Assembly: GCF_009914755.1 (NCBI RefSeq)
Contig: NC_060933.1
Direction: 5' to 3' (one strand)
Length of the DNA: 64,000 nt
DNA from: the human T2T-CHM13v2.0 reference genome, Homo sapiens
The translations under genes and the position numbers were made by a program. Numbering within the stretch: position 1 is the first letter of the stretch; every line of letters starts with the position of its first letter. The notes under the pieces are model-generated. The model saw only the letters and a program-made list of their open reading frames with translations. It ran no database searches and was not told the origin of the DNA. Shown piece by piece: positions 50,084 through 63,059 of this stretch.

Positions 50084-51219
50084 GAGTCACTTTCAAATTC
50101 TCCGGATTGAAGAATCACTGGGGAACTAGACTTCTTTGCTTTTCTTCCAGATTCTCACAGAGAAGTTTGTTTCTTTGTTTTACTGTTAAGAAAATAGTTG
50201 TTTTCACATTACTTTTTAGTTTGTTTGAAACCTGTTGGCACCTCATTTTAAAGTGCCATTTAACATTGTTCAGTCATAATGAGAGAGAAACTTTTCTTAG
50301 ACTTATAGAATGTGGGGTCTAAGAAACACATACTCTACTTCCACATTTGATGCTTCAATCTCACCAACCAGGAGACTGGCATGCTTTCCTATAGACACAA
50401 CAGACCACTCTCCATAGCCTAAACACAAGCTACTCTATCTTCACAGCATTTCCTATTGTGCCAAACTTGTTCCCTTGTTGAGCACAAAGCTTCTGATCCT
50501 ACCCATGCCTTCCAAGAGGATATGAAAATGTCTCCTGTTTCTTCCACATAGAGAGCTTTCAGAAATCCTCACGACCCTTCCAATACAATAAAAATAACCC
50601 TTATTTCTTTCTTATTTTTAATTTTATGGACCACTTAAAAATCTTGTTTGAAATGCCCTCTGACGTAAGGGAAATTAATTGTTTACAGGCAAGGAAAATG
50701 AGGTTCAGCTAAAATAAAGGAGTCAAAACCAAGATTCTTCTGGCCCATTTGTTGGGACTCTCTTCTCCAAGCCTCCCTCCATTTCTAAGTGAACTGTTCC
50801 CATTTTTTGCCAGTTGTTCCCCCTATAAGCCTGTGCCAATGTCCACTCAGTATCTCAGGCCCTGTCCCAGCTTATGATAATGTTCACAGTGCTCAGGACT
50901 GAAATTAGGGACCACAGCTATTTTTGATCAGTACAGATGGATTATGCTCTCCAAGAAAGATTGTGCTGATAAACTTATGTTTGCTCAAGTAAGATCAGTG
51001 CAGAAACCATGTAAGGTGGAAAAAAAAAAACCTCAGCAGAACACTGTAGGGGGCTACATTAAAGGAATTTTCTAAGGATGAAATTGTTACATAATAAAAA
51101 ATATTATTTCAACTGTTTTCTTTTGCATGCATTATTTTCCATCTTACCTTACAAAGGTATTCACCCCCATTATATTTCCATTTCCCAAAGTTCCAAAACC
51201 GTTCAGAAGATAGAATTGT

Positions 51220-52335
51220 AGGAGTCTCTCCTGTGCATCCCCATCTCCATTGCCATCACCCTAGCTGGGTCCTTGATGCTTATCCTGGCTGTTTGAAATA
51301 TCCTCCTTATTGTTCATAATCACTCTCATTACTCCCTCTTGCAGATTCATAATCCACATTGCTTCCAGGGTTATCCTTTCCAAACCTAAAGGGACTAAGT
51401 TAGTCAGGGTTCTCCAGAGGGACAGAACGAATAGGAAAAATGTATATATAAAGGGGAGTTTATTAAGGAGTTTTAACTCACATGATCACAAGGTCCTGCA
51501 ATAGGCTGTCTGCAAGCTAAGGAGCAAGGAAGGCAGTCAGAGTCCAAAGCTGAAAACTTGGAATCCAGTGTTTGAGGGTAGGAAGCATCCAGCATGGGAG
51601 AAAGATGTAGGCTGGGAGGCTAAGTCAATCTGGTTATTTCACATTCTTCGGCCTGCTTTATTCTGGCCACACTGGCAGCTGATTAGATTGTTCCCACCCA
51701 GCTTGAAGGTGAGTCTGCCTTTTCCAGTCCAGTGACTTAAATGTTAATCTCCTTTGGCAACCTCTTCACAGACACACCCAAGAACAATACTTTGCATCAT
51801 TCAATCCAATCAAGTTGACACTCAGTATTAACCATCACAGGAACTAAGTTTATTTCCTACTCAAAACTTTCCAATAGTCTCCCCTTATGTGAAAAATAAC
51901 ATACAGCTTCTCAGGCTTCTAACCCAACTTTTACAATTTTCCCCAAACTCTCCAAAGACCTTCACTAAAACATTCTTAATTCTAAGAGACTAGAAATTGT
52001 ATTTGCAGTTCTCCAACGACAGCTTGTATATTTCCTGCTTCTGTGTCCGAAAGCACACTGGTCTTCCCTTCTTTCTAGGATTCTAATTGCTTCTTAGCTA
52101 CCTTCCAGAATCTTCCAATTTTTCAAAGGCTCATTAAAATCTAATCTCCTCTGAAAAGCCTTCCTGTGGTCTTCATTTTTCTCAGCTTCTTTTCAACTCT
52201 ATTATGTATTTATCAGAGTCTGCTACTATTAATTATTTATGTATTTGGCTTGCCTGAAACACTGCAATTCCTGGAGAAGAACATTCACTGCACATCATAG
52301 GCACTTAAAAGGTTTTATGGATTGAATTGAATTCC
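51220..52335 (+). mobile_element. L2 3' portion split by MLT2A
   Basis: tccacattgcttccagggttatcctttccaaac...ctcaaaactttccaatag...ataggcacttaaaagg...attgaattgaa. Confidence 0.7.
51396..51839 (-). mobile_element. MLT2A1/A2 (HERVL LTR)
   Basis: ttagtcagggttctccagagggacagaac...caatccaatcaagttgacactcagtattaaccatcaca. Confidence 0.92.
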
Positions 52336-53024
52336 AACTGATGTTAGCATATTCACATATTTATTTATTCATCATGCATTTCCTTAGCATATGTTTATTG
52401 AATGACTACTACATGCCAACTGAGAGAATGCCAAGCCTGGTAGGCAAGATCGGCACAAACACTTCTAAGTAGAATTCAATGTAGAAGAATGACACAATCG
52501 AGATACAGCAAAGAGCTGGTGATCTGCCATACCTTAGTTTTATGTTGTGCTTCCTCAGTGCCCTTTTTATTCTTTCTGCTTCTATTTCTCTTGATCGTGA
52601 GGCTTTTGTCTCTTGTAGGCTCTATCTGAACTGTTATTGGAAAGCCATGTAAAACATGATGTCATCCAGTACTGTTTCATTCTTGTCATAGTATTCTAGT
52701 CCTAGTTTTCTTTTCCTTTTTGTCTATAATAACAATTATGAATTCCTTCAGCATTTTCTGCCTTTTTTTGCTTGCTTCAGAGTTAAAGAAAGTCTGGTAG
52801 TTTTCTTCCTCCTAAAGATCGACAAACAAAGCATTCGAATTTTAAGTTTTTTTTCTGTTATTAATAATAAGTGAGGTCAGAGAGAAAAAGTGTTAATACA
52901 AGAAGAAAACACAAAGATCCAGTGACTCTTACAAATGTCATTAAATCTTAGCCTTTTACTCATAGTTCAAGGATTTCTTCTGGAAGAATATTTAATTGCA
53001 TAATTATGCTTTTGCTCTAATGGA

Positions 53025-53760
53025 TATTTATTTTTATTACGGTAAAATACACAGAACTTTTCGGTGCATGGCTTTGTGGCATTAAGTACATTTACATTGT
53101 TGTGAACCCTCACCACCATCCCTTTCTAGAATTTTATCTTTCCCAAATGAAGTTCTGTACCCACTAAACACTAACTCCGCATTCCTCCCTTCCCATCCAC
53201 ACTTTCCAACACCTAGAAACCACCATTCTACTTTCTGTCTCTGAATTTGACTAGTCTAGTTATTTTGTACAAGTAGAATCATGCAGTATTTGTCTTTTTG
53301 TGTGACTGGCTTATTTCCCATAAAATAATGTCCTCAAGATTCGCCCAGGTTGTAGTGTACGTCAAGTTTTTTTCTTTTTCAGGCTGAATAATATTCCCTA
53401 TATTTATATACCACATTTTGCTTACCTGTTCATCTATTAATGGACATTTAGCTTGCTTCTACTTTTTAGCTATTGTGAATTATGCTACTGTAAACACCAG
53501 TGCATAAATATCTGAGTCCTTGCTTTCAGTTCTTTTGGGCATATATCCGGAAATAGAATTCCTGGATTGTATGGTAATTATAGGTTTAATGTTTTTAAGG
53601 AATCACCATCCCTTTTTTCAAGTGCGTACATCATTTATATTTTCATCAGCAATGCACATGAATTCAAATTCTTCCACACCTTCACCAACACTTATTGTTT
53701 TCTTTCTCTTTCTTTTTGAGATAACCAACCTAACCAATGTAGAGCGTTCTCTCATTGTGT
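53025..53760 (-). mobile_element. L1MB-type 3' end
   Basis: gtggcattaagtacatttacattgttgtg...caccattctactttctgtctctgaatttgact...gactggcttattt. Confidence 0.88.
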
Positions 53761-55879
53761 CACCATGGATATTTCTGATGGTGACACTCACCAAATCTTA
53801 CTCCTTCTTCAGACTTTTATTTTTTATGGAAGAGTATGTTAACACTTTCCTCTATGAAGTCTTATTTTCCCAGAATGTCATTGTAAATGGTCATGTAAGG
53901 AAAAATAGTAGATACTTTTTAGGGAAAGAAATTTATTTAGATTTGTGAAAGCTCCATAGTGATGATACCATCACGGTAGGCCCCTTCCCCCTCAGCAAGG
54001 TCTCCATAGGAAATTTCCTCATACCTCTATCATCACATTTGACATCAGCTCAGACATGGACCTACCCAGCAGCAATAATCCATCTATTTTCATCCAATCA
54101 TTCATCAATTCATCCCTCTAAGCATTCATTCAACAATTAATTATTGTACACCTATGCTCTGTTTAAACCTAGCAATTCCTTTTAGTCTTTTTATTATTTA
54201 TGATAACTAAGGAAATATATTAATGAAATACTTTGGCTATTTTCTTCTGATTGAGTATCCAGGCTGGTTCTCCGGACGTATTTTCTGGGCAAGATAAAGA
54301 GACAAAGCACAATGCTTTTTAGAAATGAAATGTTCACCTCATCTATGGCTCACATAGGCATTTCAAAGTGGGACCTAATGCTTTTAGAAACTATATTTAC
54401 ACAGCATAAAATAGGAACATGTATTCCACTTAGAGTGAAAACTATTCATGCCTTTCTTATGTGGTAAATAACATATTGTGAGTTAAGGATGTTTAATAGA
54501 CACTAAATAATGTAATACATGAGAAAGGAAACTATGATTGGCTAGCCCAGTTACCTCGGTCTTACAATATATTTTTTTAAATTGAACTTTCTATCATTAC
54601 AGTAGTGATTTTTGTTTTTTTTCTGTCTTTTTTTCTTTTTGAACAAGAAAAAACAAGATTGACAATGAGAATTGTCACATGCAGCATGTTGTTAGATTTC
54701 AGAGTTATAACAAAATAAAAATTGAAGTAATTTCACATCAAATATTGCCCAGATAAATCCAGGGATTTCCACCCACTTTGTTCTTAGGAAATCATCACCG
54801 TTTCTCATTGTAGAAGTATTTCCATGTGTAATTAATTTAAATATAACATAAAAGAAACAGACTCTAGCAGAAACAGACAATAATCTTTTACTCAAACATA
54901 TTCAACCACAAACCAAAGTCATATTTTGGATCGTGTCCTCATTTTGATGATCACAGGATTTATCTTATTTGTGGTTTACTTGGGCTATTTTCAATGCCTG
55001 GAGAGACATGATGTACATTGTAGAATAATGCAATAAAGTAATTGAGCATATTTTCCTCATCTCTGGGCATATTTATGCTTGTACACACAGTTCCATTAAA
55101 AGGGCCAGAATGCAGCAAGCTCAGCTGTAAGTTATTACCATGATGGTGCTGGCGTGCTAGGGCTGCTCTCACACTGAGATGCAGACTGGGTGTTCCAGTG
55201 GGATGGATTATCCTAGAGTCTGCTAAGAAGTCAGTGCATCCCATGGAGAGAAAAATCTGTTGGGCTTAAAAGAAAAATGCCTGTGGAACAACACAAACTA
55301 ACATCTAATCCTTTGCCAGCAGAAGCTTTTAAGGGAAGTGAAAAATTATTGACAGACAGAAATGTTCTTCTGAGTCTAGAATCAGAACAAATCCAGCTGT
55401 GGTCATTCTACTGGATCTCAGCAAAACAAACTTGGTTGCTTACATTTGTTCTGACCTCTTACATGAGAAAAGATTCAGAACTGGGTAATTTCAACTGAGA
55501 AAACTTGGTTAAATGAAATGAAATAGGTTTAGATACAGGATGTTGAGGCAAGTACAATATGATTTGAGAGTCAGAGTTTGGAATTAGGAGCCTCAAATCA
55601 GACCAGATGATTTTTAAGACAACACTAGAAACTTGAAAATGCAAATAATGAATAGGACCCCATAGACTTTTAGGGGGAGGCAAGAAATTTTCAATGCACT
55701 GGATTCTATTCAAGTTATAAATTGATCCTGACAGTAAATAGGAGTGTTTTGTGCTATATTTGCCTTATGGCAAACAGGCTTGAGCTGATTTTGCTCTCTC
55801 TGAGAAGTGGCTATGAGTTTTGATCAAGAGTGCAAAGGAAAAAGTTAGTTTGAGGGAAAGAATCAAAAGGCCAAGGTCT

Positions 55880-56075
55880 GAATTCTAGAACATTGGTCTG
55901 ATCTGGAGTCAGAAGACCAAGGTCTGATTTCTAGTTTCTTTACTTACCAGGGTTATTTTGGAAATGTCATTTCATCTCCTCTTAGTTTTCTTTTTCCTGA
56001 GAAAATGAGAATGTTTTCTGTCATCTTTATCTGAGGACAATGTGCAAATGTTTTGTAAACTCTTGTCAAGGATTA
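55880..56075 (+). mobile_element. MIR
   Basis: tggagtcagaagaccaaggtctgatttctag...atgttttgtaaact. Confidence 0.7.
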
Positions 56076-56267
56076 TCATTATTTTAAAACTGAATTCCTT
56101 TCTCAGTGATAATTAAGTAAACTATGAGAAAAATAATTCTTAATATGAGAACTATGTAAAACTTTTTTTGTGTGCAGTTGAGTTGGAAGTGTGTTTTGGA
56201 GAACTCAATGTCTGGAAGCTGTAACTGGTTTGTTTCCAACATACAATACATTCCTATTGCAGGTTTA

Positions 56268-56691
56268 TGTATTAGGGTATTGCTAGCAACCATACCAAAT
56301 AAAGCTAAAATTGCAATTCTTTAATACAATAGGAGTATATTTCTTGCACATATAAAATAGGTATTCTTGATTGGTGGGCTGTTCTTCAAGTGGCGATTCA
56401 AGAACTTGGTGGTTTGTTTCGTTTTGCTTTTGCTTTATTATCTTTAACACACAGCTTCCTACATAGCTATGTATGCAAGCCACTGGATAGAGAAACAACA
56501 CAGTGGATATGGTGTGGAAGGCTGTTTATGAGCCAGCTCTGGATGTGGCACACATTCCTTCTGTTTAATTCCATTGGCTAGAACTCAGGCTCACAGTCAT
56601 GTCTCTTTGAAAGGAAGGCTAGAGAATACAGTTGATTTTTGTGCCTGAGAAGATGAAATGGGATTGGTAAGCAGCTAGCTAGTATCTGCTA
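56268..56691 (-). mobile_element. MLT1J-like LTR
   Basis: tgtattagg...gtggcacacattccttctgtttaattccattggctagaactcag...ggattggtaagcagctagc. Confidence 0.8.
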
Positions 56692-57639
56692 AAATTTTGG
56701 ATCAGAACAACAACTCATGCAGTATCTGGACTGCAATACAGGTAAGTTGATCATTTTAATTGAAGTATCAGTTGATGAGAATAAAAAGACCAGGCTTTTC
56801 ATGAATCCCCAGAGGACATTCAGAAATGCCGTGTTCAGCAGTAGTGGATACGTGTATGCTTGTGTGAAGCATCGGCAGAGGGTAATCCCAATTCAGGTGT
56901 AATATTTTCCCTTTTGTCTTCTCATAGGAGCTGACTGAGTTGGCTTGGCTGTACATAGGAGGAAGACCCTGATCCCTGGTGCTCAACACAAAAATGCTTC
57001 AATGATACCCTGAGATTGTTTTACCTTGCAACACTCTCTGGAAAATTGCTGCTCCAGGAATGCGATGAAAAGATCTGTAAGAGAGCACAGCCCCTGTTGA
57101 TTGACTTGTCTTGGTAAGCTTTCCTAGTTCTCTCGCGAAAAAAAATGTGAGCCATAAAACCACTTATATGTGGACAGCAATCTCCTGGTCTAACTTTCAA
57201 GCAGAAGCGATTTCATGGTCAAGGGCTAGCCTCAGAAAATAAGCCTTGTTAATGAATATATAATTCTATGGTTCCTGAAGGTATGTGCATACAAGAACTC
57301 ATGATGTGAAAGGACCATGAACTGAGGGAAACTGACCCATTGGGTTAGTGGTGAGCACAAGAATGAAAGGCATTCAGCCATTGAATTACAAGCACCTCCA
57401 AGTACCACATAATTACATTTCTACCAGGATTTTTATAAACAAATATAACAATGTTGACTTTGGATTTGTTAGCTTCAGGCTCCCACACATTTTTATTCCT
57501 CATGACTATTTTATTTTATTTTTCAAAAGAAAAGAAACCCCCGTATATGTGGTCAGAGAATAATTCTGTGCACTGGGAACTTTTCAAATAAATGTACTAC
57601 TCATGCTCAGTGAATGACCTTCACTTAGCAGCAGTATGT

Positions 57640-57820
57640 AAACCTTGGAAAAAAATTAAAGCCAACATAAAATTATCCGAAAATTCCAGAGTTCTAGCTC
57701 CATGGCCCCTATAAGAAATTCTGAATCAATAAGTATGAGATCTGGGAATGTGAATTTTCATACAAACCTCATACAAAATAATTCCAATGTAGCTAGTCCT
57801 TCTACTTTGGGAAATACAGA
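57640..57820. mobile_element. MER5-family fragment
   Basis: gaaattctgaatcaataagtatgagatctgggaatgtgaatttt...tactttgggaaataca. Confidence 0.5.
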
Positions 57821-58179
57821 TTTGGTGATTTAATATGATTTGCTCAGGTTTGTGTACAAGTATACACAAAGAGTTTTGTGTATCCCTTAACATGACAAAC
57901 TATCACATGATTATCATTGTCAAGTGAATATTTGCTCCTTTTTTATCTTAGGAAGTCAGCAAGGGCATAATAGATTTGGATCAAATGGGTAATATAATTT
58001 GTGGGCATTGTAAGTGATATGTTGACATCACTCCAACTATTTAGCACCTACTATTTTCCACTAAAATATACTGCACCAGACACTTTATATTCATGTCTAA
58101 ATCTCAAAATAACAAAGAGAGGTGGCTATCATTGACTCAATCTTATAGTTGAGAAAACTGCAATGCAAAGGGGTTAAAT

Positions 58180-60558
58180 TGTATTTGTCCATTTGCATTG
58201 CAATAAAGGAATACCTGAGACTGGGTAACTAATAAAGAAAAAAGGTTTAATTGGCTCAGGGTCCTGCAGGGTGTACAGGAAGTGTGATGCCAGCATCTGC
58301 CTCTGATGAGGACTCAGGAAGCTTATAATCATTGCAGAGGGCAAAGGGGAGCAGGCACATCACATGTTGAGAGTAGGAGACAGAGAATGAGAGGGGTGAG
58401 GTCCCAAACCTTTAAGCAACTAGATCTCACTTGAACTTAATGAGCAATAACTCACTCATCAAAAAAGGAATGGGGCTAGGCCATTCATGAGTGACCCACT
58501 CCCACGATCCAACCACCTCCCGCCAGGCCCCACCTGTAACACTGGGAATCACATTTCATTCCCTCCCTGGCCCCCCAAATTTCATGTCCTTCTCACATTT
58601 CAAAATACAATCATGCCTTCACAAAAGTCCAATTCAAAAGTCCCAATTCCCTAGTTCCAATTCCAGTGTTCACCTGGAGATAAGTTCCTTCCACATATGA
58701 GCCTATGAGATAAAAAACGAGTTATTTATTCCCAAGAGACAATGGTGGTACTGGCATTGGGTGTACATTTCCATTCTAAAAGGGAGAAATTGGCCAGAAG
58801 AAAGGGGCTACAGGCCATGCAAGTCTGAACCCATCAGGGCAGTCATTAAATCTTAAAGCTCCAAAATAATCCCCTTAGACTACATCTCCCATATCTTGGG
58901 CACACTGGTGCAAGGGCTGGGCTTCCAAGGCATTGGGAGCTTCACCCCTGTGGCCTTGCAGGGTACACCCTCTGCACCTGGTCTCATGGGCTAGAGTTGG
59001 GTGCCTGCAGATTTTCTAGGCTCAGGATGCAAGCTGCCAGTGAATCTACCATTTTGGGGTCTGGAGGGCAGTAGTTCCCTTCCCAGAGCTCCACTAGGCA
59101 GTGCCCTTGTGGGAACTCTGTGTTGGGGCACTAACTCATTTCCCCTTGACATTGCCTTAGTGTTTCTCTGTGCGGGCCTGCCCCTGTTGCAGACTTCTGC
59201 CTGGGCACCCAGGCTTTTCCATACATCCTACGAAATCTAGGGAGAATCTGCCAAGCCTCCTTCACACTTACATTCTGTGTGCCCACAGACTTAACATCAT
59301 GTGGAAACCACCAAGGCTTGTGGTGGTTTGCACTCTCCAAAGCAGAAGCTTGAGCTGTACGTGGGGGCACTTTGAGCCAGGCTGGAGCCAGAGCAGCCCG
59401 GATGCTGGGAGCAGTGTCCTGTCTTCACGGGCAACAGAGCCCTGTGTTTGAGCCCTGAAATCATTCTTTCCTTCTAGACCTCTGGCCCTGGGATGGGAGG
59501 GGCTGTCTCCAAGATCTCTGCAGTGCTTCTAAGCATTGCCTTGTCTATTAGCATTTTGTTCCCTTTTAGTCATGCTAATCTCTGTAGCAAGTGGTTGCGC
59601 TACACCTTACTTGAATTTCTCTTCTAAAATGCTTTTTTTGTTCTCTGCCACATGGCCAGGTTGTGAATTTTCCAAACTTTTATGCTCTGCTTCCCTTTTA
59701 AATATAAACTCCAACTTTAAGTCATTTTTTTTTTTTGCTTCATTGTCTAATCATAGACTGTTAGAAGCAGCCATGCCACATCTTCAAAGATCTGTTGCTT
59801 AGAAATTTCTTCTGCCAGATACCCCAGGTCATTACTCCTAAGTTCAAACTTCCACAGATCCCTAGGTTACACACACAATGCAGCCAAGTTCTTTGCTAAG
59901 GTATAGCATAGGTAAACTTTACAGTGAAGGTCATCAGCTTGGCCTTCACTGTCCAAATTTCCATCAGCATTTTGGTCAGAACCACTTAACAAGTCTCTAG
60001 GAAGTGACAAACTTTCTCTCATCTTCCTGTCTTCTTCTGAGCCCTTCAAACTCTTCCAACGTTTTCTCATTACCCAGTTCAAAATCTGCTTCCACATTTT
60101 CTGGTATCTTTATAGCAATATCCCACTTCTTGGAACCAATTTTCTGTATTAGTCTGTGTGTGCTACTGCAAAGGAGTACTTGAAACTGGGTAATTTATAA
60201 AGAAGTTTAATTGGCTCAGGGTTCTGCAGAGCACACAGGAAACATAGTGCCAGCATGCTTCTGGTGAGAGGCTCAGGAAGCTTACAATCATGGCAGAAAG
60301 CGAACGGGGAGCAGATGCATCACATGGTGAGAGCAGGAGCAAGAAAGTGAGGAATGGGGAGGTCCCAGGCTTTTAAACAAGCAGCTCTCATGTGAACTAA
60401 CTGAGCAAAAACTCACTTATTACCAAGGGGATGGTGCCAAATGATTTATGAGTGATCTGCCCTCATAACCCAATCACCTCCCATTGGGACCTCCTTCCAG
60501 CATTGGGAATCACCTTTCAACATGAGATTTGGAAGGGGCAAACCTCCAAACTATATCA
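58180..60558 (-). mobile_element. Full-structure MSTB provirus: LTR 58180-58558, MST-int 58559-60144, LTR 60145-60558; inserted in a MIR
   Basis: Two homologous LTRs (ggtttaattggctcaggg...ctcaggaagctta...) flank a ~1.6-kb MaLR internal sequence (gaaattggccagaagaaaggggctacagg, cagtcattaaatcttaaagctcc). Confidence 0.93.
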
Positions 60559-62334
60559 CTTGCTAAATTTTGATGGTAAGTGGCAGAGTCTAGATTTGTA
60601 TCCTATTGTTTCATTCCGGTTCTCTGCCTTTTCATTTGCTCTAGATCAAACCAGAGCTTCTGGCTGGGATACTGGTATCTTGAGTGAGTCACAGCAGGAG
60701 ATACGTGCTGGAGCTGAAGAGGTTGGAGAGGCAGCAGAAAAGGTAGGAGACAGCAAGAGAAGGAGAGCAGCCTACAGATGAGAAGACAAGTAATTTACCC
60801 TAAAGTTCTAGGACTGCTGTTGGTCAAAGGAAAAATCCTTCTGAGAGATTTTGATTTTAGGTTTTGATTCTACTTCTGTTTCTATGAATGCTAGAGAGAA
60901 GAAGAAGCCTATGAAGTATACATTTTCATAGTATTTTATAGATAAGAATCAGTGTATTTAAGCTATTAACTGAGTCACCTAATTAGTTAATGAAAGAGTT
61001 GGGATTACAACCCAAGTGTGTTTGATCTCAGGGACCACACTTTCTAATTCACAAATAATCTTTCCCTAGTAGAATCCATACCAGTGTTTTCCAAACTTGT
61101 TTTTTCTGTGAGATTAACAAAAGTAAATTTAGAGTATAATCTGCAATAAAAGTCGTTGTTGGTGGTGAATTAGAGGCAAGAGTCAGAAAGACCATGTAAT
61201 TGAATATGTGAAGCAACAGGGGTTTTCGCTAATGGGCTGTGTTCCTGAAAAGGTAAGGAAAGAGAAAATAATGAGGACAAAGAAATGAATAAGGCAAGGA
61301 AAAGACAATAATAGAAGCTGAAACGAAGTGAAAGGAAAAACAGACCATTTGCTATATTTCGCTTTATTACCACCACCATTCTTAGACATCAGAAGATTTA
61401 AAAAAAATCACGGCAGTAACTTCTTGAAGTAATATTGATAAAACTTGCTTCCAAATATTTATATTTTTTGTAACTAAAAGCATAATCAGAATTCAGTGAT
61501 CCCTTTTTAATGCCACAAGTAGTGCAATGTTAACAAGCTAGACTGCATGATATCCTGTTTAAGTGTGTGTCTGTGCGTGAGTGGGGCAGGGAGGGGGTCT
61601 TTGTGATGTTATATCTACCTATCAGTATGAATGTAGGAAGTAAATTCTGAATTGAGAAAATCATCATATTGCAACTATATGTAATTTATGTGAATTAATA
61701 ATAAGGGCATAAATCTTGCTGCTTATTCTAGTTCATAAGGAGCTGGTGAAGAAGTCCTTTATAATGAAATAATTACTTTTTCAAGGCAAGAAGATAGTAG
61801 TAATTTGATAGGTGAATGACTTCCCAATATATAAAAATCAAATCCAAGGGAATTTCTAAAGCCAAATATATATTATTTTTAGCTTTTGTACCACTTCAGA
61901 TAATTTATATCCATAGCCTTTAATTAGAATTTAAAAAATCAAAAGTTGATTTTAAGAAGATCTCCACAGATAGGATTTAATGCGATTTTTGTCTGCACAT
62001 TGTTATTTTCTGATTATTCTACAATTAACGCAGGTTAGTAAACAAATTAAAGGAGATAATTGTTGATAAACAGATAAAGCCAATTCTCAAATTCTGAATA
62101 AGCCTAATTCATTGGCAAATATGTTGATTGTAGATAAGACCACATTTTTAGATAAAGATGACAATTTAAATTCTATTTTGATGTCAGGTCAGCTCACAAA
62201 GACCTCTGAAACTTTCATTTAGTTTAGCTTCAGCACTGATAAGAGAAACTGAAATTTACTGTCTTCTCTTTTATTATGTGATGCCTAAGACAGGAAAAAG
62301 GAAGAGCTCCTTTAACTCTTCTTGGACTTTTTAA

Positions 62335-62415
62335 AAAAAAATAGCTTCACTGAACTTTAATTGACATACAGTAAACTGCACAAGCTTAAAATGTGCAATT
62401 TAACAAGTTTGACTT
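62335..62415 (-). mobile_element. L1MD/ME 3' end fragment
   Basis: atagcttcactgaactttaattgacatacagtaaactgcaca. Confidence 0.6.
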
Positions 62416-62646
62416 ATCTTGTAATAAGTTCTCACGAAAAATTTGAATTAAGCCAAAGCTATCCTCTTATTCTACTTCCTTATACTGTCCCCTCTACCAT
62501 GCGCATTGCAAAATATGTTTGTTAGAATGTGGGTAAAATACTGTGGAGACTAGTCTCAAAAATGACAATTACTGGTGATCTAGTGTCTATGAGAAAAATA
62601 TATTCTAAATTCTTAGACATTGATTTACAAAATTATTATTATTTTT

Positions 62647-63059
62647 ATTTTTATTTTTTTATTATTATACTTTAAGTTTTAGGGTACATGTGCACATTGT
62701 GCAGGTTAGTTACATATGTATACATGTGCCATGCTGGTGCGCTGCACCCACTAACTCGTCATCTAGCATTAGGTATATCTCCCAATGCTATCCCTCCCGC
62801 CTCCCCCCAACCCACAACAGTCCCCAGAGTGTGATGTTCCCCTTCCTGTGTCCATGTGTTCTCATTGTTCAATTCCCACCTATGAGTGAGAATATGCGGC
62901 ATTTGGTTTTTTGTTCTTGCGATAGTTTACTGAGAATGATGATTTCCAATTTCATCCATGTCCCTACAAAGGACGTGAACTCATCATTTTTTATGGCTGT
63001 ATAGTATTCCATGGTGTATATGTGCCACATTTTCTTAATCCAATCTATCATTGTTGGAC
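62647..63059 (-). mobile_element. Young 5'-truncated L1 (L1PA2/L1PA3)
   Basis: Near-consensus 3'UTR; ORF 62869..63051(-) is the L1 ORF2p C-terminus (DWIKKMWHIYTMEYY...SLIGGN); TSD ATTATTTTT. Confidence 0.95.

Noticed and set aside
62869-63051. ORF with clear protein similarity
   Set aside because: It is the C-terminus of L1 ORF2p in a truncated L1, not a gene
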